From a virus (lineage: Duplodnaviria > Caudoviricetes): a DNA stretch of 64,000 bases. The position numbers and the translations under genes were made by a program. Below the pieces are notes generated by a model, which was not told the DNA's origin, did no database searches, and saw only the letters and a list, made by a program, of their open reading frames with translations. Every line of letters begins with the position of its first letter. Positions within the stretch are counted from its first letter, which is position 1. Shown in pieces: positions 1 to 9,400 of this stretch. The stretch lies in IMG/VR virus record IMGVR_UViG_3300027974_001530; one strand, written 5' to 3'.

Positions 1-1830
1 AAGGTATGTTTGACCATAATTAAATGGTAATAGAACAGTTTGGTAATTAGGGTTTTGACCAACAAATACTTGATTTGTCTCTACAACTTGTTCAGGCATG
101 TGATGATCAGGTGTTGATTCATACCAACCTCCTCCTATTTGGAAGAAATACCCTTCGCTTTCTTGTGCTGCGGTTGGGTAACCTAAACTATCCATTGGAT
201 AATCTAACCTTGTTGTTGTTACTCCACTAATAGTCGTTTGTAATGTAAAACCGCTATATAGGACTCCCATTATTGAAAATGTATCTGTAGGGTCTGAAAC
301 AGGAAGTTGTTGTACATACAGACCACCTGAAATATTTAAATATTGATTTTCAAACTGAGAAAGGTTTATTCTTTCATCTGCAATGTATATGTATTCATTA
401 AAATCAATTAAAGCCTCAGGTGCTCCAATCAATCTTAATAAAATTTCAATAGATCTTCTTGTTCCCTTTGATTTAAACAAATAGGCGGCATTTAAAATTA
501 AATTTTTATAGAATTGGTAATTAATTTCATCAGGAGTTAACGCTCTTGAGTATCCAGGAAAATTACTTTCTTGATTGGTACCAAAAATTGAATCTAAAAG
601 CGATTCATTACTTATTGGTGAAATGTTTGTTTTCCACCCTAATGTTTCTGCAAGATTTTTTAATAATTGTGATGGTATGTCATTACCTGTATTGTAATTA
701 ACGGATGTCATATTTGCCAATGACATAACAAATTTTCTCACCTCATCAAAACTTCTTCCGTATATCTGTAATACCTTTTCTAATTTTCTATCACCAGTAT
801 CAAATTCTTTTAATGCTCCTGTGGTTAAAAACCTTGATATTAAATTAGTATTATATGAGTCTAAGTTTTCACATAAGTCATTTAAAGTTGTTAAATATTT
901 ATCAAAATCGTTAGTTCTAATATCTAAATTCCACAATCCATCCAAAGGCCATGTAATGTTTTGACTTGTTGTTGTGTAAGTACCATCATTGTTTTCTTGT
1001 GGAACTTGGAAAGTTGCGGTATAAATTGGTTGTATTAATCTATTTAAAAGAAATTTTTCTACCTCATCAAAAAAATCATTAAACGATTTTTCCGTATAAG
1101 TAGTGTTGGGTCTTAATATGATATTATCTGTTGTTGCGGACATCCCTGAAAAAGGATTTCCATTTACATAAAGTTTTAAATAATTATCAGTTTCATCAGT
1201 AGGATCTAAAAATACTACGTTATATTCGGAATTATTAACAAATATTGAATAGTTCCTATATTGAACTGTTAAATTTCTTAAAGGTGATTGCTCAACCTCA
1301 CTTAATTCAAAGTTTCTTGTTGCGTTTGTTGTAAAATCAATATCAAATGGATTTCTTATCCAATTTAAAGGTATCTCTAAATATGTTTCATTTAAAATTT
1401 TGTTATATAAAATATTAACTGCCGTTAGTCCTGTTTGAAAATTAAGGTTATTCTTTAAACATTCTACGGATGCCGGAAAATAATTAATTATTCTTGTTAT
1501 AGACGTTGAAATTCTTTTTGTTAGTGATCCAAATAATGTAAAGTTGGTTATTTCACTTAAATCAAAATTTGGGTAAACTTGTAAATTTTTAGCAATTAAG
1601 ACTTTTGACTCTTCGATACTTTTTAAATCTAAATCAGATAAACTTATCGGATCTGAAAAAGCACCAATATTAAATGTTCTGTTTTGTTTTTCAGTAATTC
1701 CTGTTGTGAACTCAAAATTAGCGTTAGTTAATCCCCCACCGGCAACTAATTGAACCCCAACTAAATCGTCAGAAAATGTACTATCTCCTGTATCAGTTTG
1801 TGGAGGCCATTTATATTTTATTACTGCCAT
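1..1830 (-). CDS. Baseplate wedge-like structural protein, 3' end outside the window (610 codons visible)
   Basis: Absent from the ORF track because it runs off the window. ATG at 1830-1828 overlaps the upstream TAA (TAATG). Reads MAVIKYKWPPQTDTGDSTFSDDLVGVQLVAGGGL... and contains YLFKSKGTRRSIEILLRLIG, resembling the KGT motif of P2 gpI-type wedge proteins. Confidence 0.75.
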   Translation of the reverse strand, partial: MAVIKYKWPPQTDTGDSTFSDDLVGVQLVAGGGLTNANFEFTTGITEKQNRTFNIGAFSDPISLSDLDLKSIEESKVLIAKNLQVYPNFDLSEITNFTLFGSLTKRISTSITRIINYFPASVECLKNNLNFQTGLTAVNILYNKILNETYLEIPLNWIRNPFDIDFTTNATRNFELSEVEQSPLRNLTVQYRNYSIFVNNSEYNVVFLDPTDETDNYLKLYVNGNPFSGMSATTDNIILRPNTTYTEKSFNDFFDEVEKFLLNRLIQPIYTATFQVPQENNDGTYTTTSQNITWPLDGLWNLDIRTNDFDKYLTTLNDLCENLDSYNTNLISRFLTTGALKEFDTGDRKLEKVLQIYGRSFDEVRKFVMSLANMTSVNYNTGNDIPSQLLKNLAETLGWKTNISPISNESLLDSIFGTNQESNFPGYSRALTPDEINYQFYKNLILNAAYLFKSKGTRRSIEILLRLIGAPEALIDFNEYIYIADERINLSQFENQYLNISGGLYVQQLPVSDPTDTFSIMGVLYSGFTLQTTISGVTTTRLDYPMDSLGYPTAAQESEGYFFQIGGGWYESTPDHHMPEQVVETNQVFVGQNPNYQTVLLPFNYGQTYL

Positions 1831-2738
1831 TATTGTGTTATATTTGCAAAGTTTTTACTAAAATCTATGTTATCACCTCTATCTTGTTTTACTTCATATA
1901 AAAGTTCGTTATATTGATCTCTAATTTCAAATAAATTGTATTGTTTGTAAATGTTATTCTGAGTATCGTAAAGTGTATAAATTCCATCATTAAGAGACTT
2001 AGTCTGATTACCAAACAAAGAAATTGCCAATGTGGAAATGTCGTGTTCAACCATTTCAATCTCCATAGTAACAGGATTAAAGAATGTATTACTTATTATT
2101 ATTTCTTGATCTGGTTGACCAATAAATGGTGTTGCGTTTGGTTTGTTAGATGGTGATGAAGAAGGTGATAATGTACAAAATATTAAATTTGTAACCCCAT
2201 TCACATATTGATATCTAACAGTGCTTGTTGAGGTGTTTGTGGTATTTTGGACCACGGGTTCGCAGTAAAAAGATGAGGTAACTATTCTGAAAAAATTTGG
2301 TATTTTAGCCCCACTTGTCTGTAAGTATTCAACCCTATAACCAATTAAACCTTGATTAACAAATTTATCTCTGAATGAAACGGGAACGTTACTTATATCT
2401 ATTACTATCCCTTTTATGTTTGGTAGTGCTGCCAATATACCACAATCAGTTATTCTAGTTCTAATTTCTGCGGGTCTTATATATAATGTATAAATCCCTA
2501 ATTGATTAAAAATATTTGATGGTAGTCTTAAATTATATAGTCCACCTAAGATTTCTACACCTGAATTACCTCCAGTATTTGTGTTGTGAAAATAAGGGGT
2601 CAAAACCGCAGAAGAATTTAATTTTGTCAACTGAAAGTTGTTTGTAACGTCTCTTGACTCCGTATAATTTAATATAATATCAACGTCAGTTGGACTTACG
2701 TCCGCCGGTCTTATTGTTCCATATGTTCCTGTTGCCAT
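1830..2738 (-). CDS. Hypothetical virion/baseplate protein (302 aa)
   Basis: Translationally coupled to its neighbour; preceded by the TATTTATA motif (2759-2766); lies in the baseplate gene run. Confidence 0.6.
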   Translation of the reverse strand: MATGTYGTIRPADVSPTDVDIILNYTESRDVTNNFQLTKLNSSAVLTPYFHNTNTGGNSGVEILGGLYNLRLPSNIFNQLGIYTLYIRPAEIRTRITDCGILAALPNIKGIVIDISNVPVSFRDKFVNQGLIGYRVEYLQTSGAKIPNFFRIVTSSFYCEPVVQNTTNTSTSTVRYQYVNGVTNLIFCTLSPSSSPSNKPNATPFIGQPDQEIIISNTFFNPVTMEIEMVEHDISTLAISLFGNQTKSLNDGIYTLYDTQNNIYKQYNLFEIRDQYNELLYEVKQDRGDNIDFSKNFANITQ

Positions 2739-2773
2739 GTAATTTTACTTTGTTATTTTATAAATATTAATAA

Positions 2774-3916
2774 TTAAGTTTCCACGTTAAAAAAACCATA
2801 ACCATATTTGACTAAATCTCCTATGTTATCAACTTCTCCTAATCTTTCGATAGATTCTAACGCCGAATTTTTCCCCCTTTCAATAAATAAATCAGATCTT
2901 ATTTCAGGTTCATAAGCCACCCCAATTAATGCTTCTTCTTTTGTCATCGCAGATAAAACCAAATCATTTTGTGTTAATCCCGAAGATTGAACAAAATATA
3001 ATGTTGTACCTCCACTTAGGTCCCAATAATCCACACCATTTATTGTATACGCAGAATACGATCCATTTGGTACTGATCCGTAATAGATACCAACAACTCC
3101 TGTTTCTCCTGTTACTTGTATTCCTAATGGGTATGGTACTGGTCCATACTGTTCTAAGTCAGATAATGTAGAATTTGTCGTTCCTGTTACCAAAAATGGT
3201 ACTCCAACATAACTTGAACTTATATAATCTATAATATTTGGGTTCGAGTCTCCTGTAAATAAGAAATCATAACTTACGGGAATGTTTGCCCAATTACCCC
3301 CTTGTTGGTAAAATACTACCGTTCCATTTGGATTAATTGGTACTATATTTTGGTAAGGTACGTTTATGGTTTTTGTAACTTCAGTTATCCCCCAAGGTGT
3401 AGTTCCTTTAATTTTTATTGTATAAATACCATTAGATGCGGGGTACGTATGGTTTAATGATGAGGGTGAAAAAATATTAATAGGGACTATCGGCGATCCA
3501 TCCCCCCAATCTATTTCAAATACCGATTGAGTTACATTATTTGATGTATTAAAAACATAAAATGTATATGGATTAATAGTGTCAGATGAAAAAATAAAGT
3601 TATTTAAAGTTTCTTTTTGGTAAATTAAACCATCAAACACAGAATACCATCCCATATCGTATGTTGTCTGTGTTAACATGATTGGAATAGTTAACCCTGT
3701 TAAGGTTGAGTCTCCGTTTGTTCCCCCTGATAATAATTGGGTCATGGAAGAATAAACATATGTTGTCCCTGTTTCACAATTAACGTAAGTTACCCCTGTA
3801 GGACAACAAGGATCTTCCACATATATTTCTTCACAATCTCCTGTCCAATTAATAGGAAATATTTTATTCTTTATATCTTCAAGACCAATCTGTATATAAT
3901 ATCTTTGTTCTTCCAT
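2774..3916 (-). CDS. Virion protein with PKD/Ig-like domain (380 aa)
   Basis: FEIDWGDGSP...LNHTY...YTIKIKG matches the PKD-domain W-x-x-G-D-G signature; baseplate context. Confidence 0.6.
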   Translation of the reverse strand: MEEQRYYIQIGLEDIKNKIFPINWTGDCEEIYVEDPCCPTGVTYVNCETGTTYVYSSMTQLLSGGTNGDSTLTGLTIPIMLTQTTYDMGWYSVFDGLIYQKETLNNFIFSSDTINPYTFYVFNTSNNVTQSVFEIDWGDGSPIVPINIFSPSSLNHTYPASNGIYTIKIKGTTPWGITEVTKTINVPYQNIVPINPNGTVVFYQQGGNWANIPVSYDFLFTGDSNPNIIDYISSSYVGVPFLVTGTTNSTLSDLEQYGPVPYPLGIQVTGETGVVGIYYGSVPNGSYSAYTINGVDYWDLSGGTTLYFVQSSGLTQNDLVLSAMTKEEALIGVAYEPEIRSDLFIERGKNSALESIERLGEVDNIGDLVKYGYGFFNVET

Positions 3917-4698
3917 TATGGGTTCATATATTCATACCAGTTTATTGGTGTTGTTGTTCCAACTCTATTATTATTGTTGTCTTTAATAGTATATGTAAAA
4001 TCACTGTAATCTAAATTAACTTCATAATAAAAATACTCAGCGGGATCAAAATTATATTGTGTAGGTAAAATACTTGTTTGTGGAGTGTTTGTCATAATAA
4101 CATAACTTCCCGTTTTACCGTTAAAGAATTTGGCCCTCATATAAAAAGTATCTATATCAATAAAATCTCTACTTCTAACCCAATAAATAAAAAACCCTTC
4201 TTTATCTCCAACAAAGTCTAACTTAAATTCAGGTTTTTTTATGTTAACAGTAGGGATGGACGGACTTAAAACTAAACCGTTTTCTATTCCCCCTTGTTGT
4301 ACTGGTAAAATTATTGTTAAATAATTTCTTTGTGTTGCAGAATCTTTAGTATCATATAGGTCTAACTTGAAGAAACTTTTTGTGAATGGTTTTGTGTAAT
4401 AATAGACTTCATTAACGGAAAATCCTTCGGTTAAATAAGAAGAGTTCCATAAATTAAGAGATTGATCAAAAAATCCAAAATCGTAATTTATATCGGTCTT
4501 ATCAGTATTATCATGTTTTTTATGTGAGAATCTTGCAACCTCAAAATCATTTTCTTTACCAATAACCTCATCAATAGTTTTAAGAACAAATTCATCAATG
4601 GCGTCATCATTACCATCTATGTCCCACTTAACTTCAACAGGTATATTAATATAAACGTCTGTTGGTTTTTTCAATATTTTATAATTATTCACAATCAT
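3916..4698 (-). CDS. Hypothetical virion/baseplate protein (260 aa)
   Basis: Beta-rich, coupled by overlaps to both neighbours in the structural run. Confidence 0.55.
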   Translation of the reverse strand: MIVNNYKILKKPTDVYINIPVEVKWDIDGNDDAIDEFVLKTIDEVIGKENDFEVARFSHKKHDNTDKTDINYDFGFFDQSLNLWNSSYLTEGFSVNEVYYYTKPFTKSFFKLDLYDTKDSATQRNYLTIILPVQQGGIENGLVLSPSIPTVNIKKPEFKLDFVGDKEGFFIYWVRSRDFIDIDTFYMRAKFFNGKTGSYVIMTNTPQTSILPTQYNFDPAEYFYYEVNLDYSDFTYTIKDNNNNRVGTTTPINWYEYMNP

Positions 4699-6418
4699 CT
4701 ATAATAGGTTCTGCAATTACGTTTGGATTATTTATATTACTTCCGTCTCCAATTAATCTGAATATAATTTGATCGTAAGGGTAATGACTACCATTTAAAA
4801 ATGGGTAATCAACTCCGAATCCTTCACTATCTTTGTACCCATATGGGTAAATATCTCTCCATCTAAAAGTTTGACTTGTTATTGAGAAATATGAGTAGTC
4901 AGGAACTAAATCTATATTTTGATATCCTTCTTCATTTACAGATGTTGAGAAAACTTTAATTGTCATTGGGTGGTGTACTTTATAGTAATACCCTAATTGA
5001 TTTGATGGTGTTAACAAACTTGTTGATGTAAAGTAGTTAGGATTAAATGTGAATTTTTGATAGGTACTTGATATAACTCGTTCTTTTTGTTCATAAGGAT
5101 TAAATTCACAAAAGTCTCCATTTATGTTATCTCCAATATTTAAATTATCGACATAATAAAAAACATTACCATTAGATGTGTAATTGTTTGTTAAAAACCC
5201 TGTATCCGATTGTGTATTTGTTTGATCCCACCAAACACTAGGTTGGTTATTCTCTAAAGGTAAATTAAATTCGTAACCCTCTTTAAGATTTGTATTCGGA
5301 CCTAATGTCCACCCAAAATATCCTTTCCAAATAAAACTAAAAAATAACTCGCTTACAGGTCTGTTAAGGTTATCCCTTAAACCGTCAATATCAATGTTAT
5401 TATTAAACATTAAATTGTAACTGTCATTACCTTCTTTAATTGAAGATCTATCAACCCCATTTGGTGTTAAGACCGCTTTTTCAAATTTAACGGCTTTACT
5501 AAAAATATTTTTTTCAAATCCGGCATTAACTAAAACAGAATCTTCAATACTAGTTAATATTTTGTGAACCCTAACATAATAGTTTGAGGTTGTGTCTATT
5601 TCATTAGTTGCGTTTATAATTCTTTTAAATGTCCCTGTTGTGTTCACACTGAAAGTGGTACCTAAATACCCTATATTTTGTATGTTAAAAATGTAATCTT
5701 CAGAATCATAATTTTCATTACCCAAAGAAGTCACTTGAAAGGTGTCTGTTCCATTGTAATTAAAGTTAAGTTTAACTGATTCTCCAACAGATAATCCATG
5801 ATTCATAGGACATCTAAATGATATTACATCGTCACCATATAAAGTGTTGTTTTCAATAATAAACGGTATTCCATCAAAAGCCTGCCAAGACCATGTGTTT
5901 GTAGTATCTTGATCATCAGCATATAATTGTCGATCAACATTTAAATGTGGGTACGTTAAATAATACATCCAATTATATGTTGTTGCACTTTTATTAATAA
6001 AACTAACATGATTACCCACACCTGTTGTGTATCCATTTACATTATTATCTGTCCTAATAAGATCAAATTCATAATATTGTGGAAATCCATCCCAAGGTGC
6101 TGATGGATTACCTATTGATGTAACCGCATTTGATATAGCGTTTGTGTAATATAAATTATTTCTATATGGAACATAAGACGTTCCTCCACTGTATTGGTTT
6201 TTAAATAAAAATACTATCTTTGTTGTTGGTCTAAATATTGTAGATTCTCCTCTTTCTTTTTGAAACAACTCAGCCAAATTTATTTCTTCGGTTCTATCAT
6301 ATTCAACTTGTTGTTTAAACGTTTGATTTAGAGGAACTCTTACCGCTTCATCAACATTTGAGGATATTTTATTCTTTTTAGATCCTAATAATATTTGTAT
6401 AGTTTCATTATTACCCAT
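4685..6418 (-). CDS. Hypothetical virion/baseplate protein (577 aa)
   Basis: Long ORF overlapping both neighbours; aromatic/Asn/Thr-rich beta-type composition. Confidence 0.55.
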   Translation of the reverse strand: MGNNETIQILLGSKKNKISSNVDEAVRVPLNQTFKQQVEYDRTEEINLAELFQKERGESTIFRPTTKIVFLFKNQYSGGTSYVPYRNNLYYTNAISNAVTSIGNPSAPWDGFPQYYEFDLIRTDNNVNGYTTGVGNHVSFINKSATTYNWMYYLTYPHLNVDRQLYADDQDTTNTWSWQAFDGIPFIIENNTLYGDDVISFRCPMNHGLSVGESVKLNFNYNGTDTFQVTSLGNENYDSEDYIFNIQNIGYLGTTFSVNTTGTFKRIINATNEIDTTSNYYVRVHKILTSIEDSVLVNAGFEKNIFSKAVKFEKAVLTPNGVDRSSIKEGNDSYNLMFNNNIDIDGLRDNLNRPVSELFFSFIWKGYFGWTLGPNTNLKEGYEFNLPLENNQPSVWWDQTNTQSDTGFLTNNYTSNGNVFYYVDNLNIGDNINGDFCEFNPYEQKERVISSTYQKFTFNPNYFTSTSLLTPSNQLGYYYKVHHPMTIKVFSTSVNEEGYQNIDLVPDYSYFSITSQTFRWRDIYPYGYKDSEGFGVDYPFLNGSHYPYDQIIFRLIGDGSNINNPNVIAEPIIDDCE

Positions 6419-9400
6419 TTGTATCTGCGTTATTTACATAAAGTTTAATGAATCTATCAAGTGCGGTAAAACCGTTATTCAATCCAAAATAAAAATGGAA
6501 CGGTGCCCCAACAAGAATAGGGTCTAAACCAGGTGTGTTTGGTGCTCCATAAGTAACGTTAACTGTTGTTGGGTTAGGTCCTGGGGTAAAGTTTGCAATA
6601 TGACCTTCTTGTGTTGTTGTGGTTTTAAAATAATCTGAGGTTTGGAAATCTAAACTCTGGTATTTGTTTTTATAAAACCCTCCACTTGTTATAAATGGGG
6701 ATGTATACCAATTATTATTCTCCGTCCCAAAAATGTAATTTGATGGGGAAGTAATTTGCCATTTATAGAATGGAACTTCTTGTGTGGATGGATACCCATA
6801 ATTATAACCAACAAATGGTGAAATGTTATATGTTTGTATTCCAGGTGTTAATTTTTTTCTTGTTATTTTTTCCTCGTTATTGTCTTGAAAGAAAATACCA
6901 AAAATAGGTCTTGATGGTGATTGGGTGTCGTCTCCAATGAATAAGTAGTTATTTGGGTAGTTCTGTTCTAAATAAGGATTTACTTTAAATTCACTATTTG
7001 TTGAGATTGCTTGTGCAAAATCTCCGTCAATTCTATCACCACCTCTCGTACTATTAAAGAACTGAACAACACCTATACCTTCTCCTTGATTTCCGTTTGT
7101 AGATACCGGAAACATTTGTTGTATTATAGTTTGATTCAGTAATCTAGAAATGAATCCCATTTGCATAATATCAGAATCATCACTATATGAAGTTGATTTT
7201 AATTGGTTTGCAAAATAACCCTCTAAATTTTCATTATTACATATTTGATTAATGAATTCATCTCTTGGTCCTAAATCTACAATTGTTGTTGGACTTTGTA
7301 TTTGTTTGTCGTTATATCCTGGATTATTGATAAATAATGCCGCCAAGTTATTTGGTGGGGTTGGTGATGGTTTACCAATGAATTGGTTAACAAATCTATC
7401 CCAAGGAGATGATCTATAATAGAAAGTATTTTGTGCGTCATCAAAAACTACAGTATCTTTACAGTAATTGTATGTTGGGTCAGTAACTGAATTATTTGCA
7501 TATGTGGATGTCTTATTAAATGAAGGCATATATAAAAATCCATTTATCCAATTGTTTTGGAATACTCTTGCAAAGACCCCTCTACATGCCGCTAACATTA
7601 ACAAGTATCTAACTTTCCATTCTAAAAATAATTTCACATCTTCATCGTATTGTGAAATATATTTTTTATTTAAAAGGCAATAACATCCTTTAACAACTCT
7701 ATTACTTGGTACATCACAATTTGGGTTTACGGTAATTCCGGTACCTGAACCTGAGTAACATTGTAACGAAACCAAACCATCACAAGTTAATGTTGAGGTT
7801 AATCCCGTAACTAATCCTGTTGAGTCAGCATAATTACCTGTTGGTAGTGTTCCTGGACCACCAATACTAGGGTTTGACTGAACCCCACTACCCTTAAAGA
7901 AATAAAAGTTATTATTTTGATGTAGTCCATATCCTGTTTGAGAATCGTTACCATCTTGAGTTCTTGTTGATGTTGGTATTCTATCACTTCTCATCACAAG
8001 TTTAGTTTCATCCAAGAAGTTAACTGTCGTAGTTAAATATCTATAATATGCTCTTGAGTATAATCCATTATACCCATCGAATGGCGTACCATAATCATTA
8101 TTCGATCCAACTGAATCATAAAAATTATATATTACAGGGTTTAATGCTGGTCCTGCCTGTGAAAAAGAACCTATAAACGTACCACCAACAAAATAGTCTT
8201 GAACATATTTTGGTATAACCCAATTATATGGTGATGATGTAAACAAATTGTATGGTGATGATGATATTGTTGATAACGGAGGGAACGTTATGTCAGGTCT
8301 ATAAGAACCTGAGTTATCATCTGTTGATAAATAATAGTAAGGTAATGTTGACGTAAATCCTGTATATTGACCTGGTGTAAGATCAAATATTAATGATGGA
8401 AAATATAAATTGTTTGTTGTATTATCAACAGTATCGTGAGATAATGGTTTAATATTATTTGTTGATAATGGTTGTATAGGGTAATTTAAATAATAGTTAC
8501 CAGTAATTATAGGTCCAACCCCATATGAAGAATTACCAAATATTATTGATAAATCGTATTCTATTTCTTGTTTAGGGGTAAAAGGGTCCACCCCTCTTGT
8601 TAATATTATAACCTCTAAAGTATTTCTAACACTATTTTCAATTGCATCTATTGCGTTACCCGATGAATATAATGCTGGAGTTAATAACCCCACACTACAT
8701 TCATCACCATAAACAAATCCTATATCGTGTAATAAGTATTTCTTAGGGAATTTATTTAAATCGGCAATACTAAAGTTTGTATTACCTGTAAATGAATTAA
8801 CCGTATATCCAGTTATTACTTGAAAATACTCAATGTCGGTAGGGTATTCTAAATAATAGTCAGTTTGACCTGTATTAATTACGTATATTGTTGACTGCAG
8901 TAGTCCTGACCCATTTGATGCGGGGTCGGCATAATCTATTGTTCTAACTATTGGTGTTACAGAATCACCTGTAAATGTAGTACCTGTAATTGAGGTGTTA
9001 TTAAATTGATTTTGGGTTGCTCCTGTTAAATTAACCCAACCTCCCGACAATTTTGGGTCTTGGAAGGTTATTACTTCTCCCACACCTAATTGTTGGATCA
9101 TACCAGCTTTTGCAATAACAACTAATACCTGATCTTCAAAAGGGTCACTTGGTGTTCCAACTAAAGATGGATTTACCTTGGTTTTAACTTTATTAACACC
9201 TGAGTTTGCACCTCCTGAAGGAGAGTTTTTAAAATATTTATCTCTAGTATTAAACTCATTTAATTTTTGTGGGTATGTTTCTTTAGTGGGATACGCAAAC
9301 CATCTTTCATCACTACCGACACTTTTTTCGGCACCAAATAGAAATGGTTGTGGGGCATGTAATTTATAAAGATTTGTGGAATCTATTAGATCATAACCTG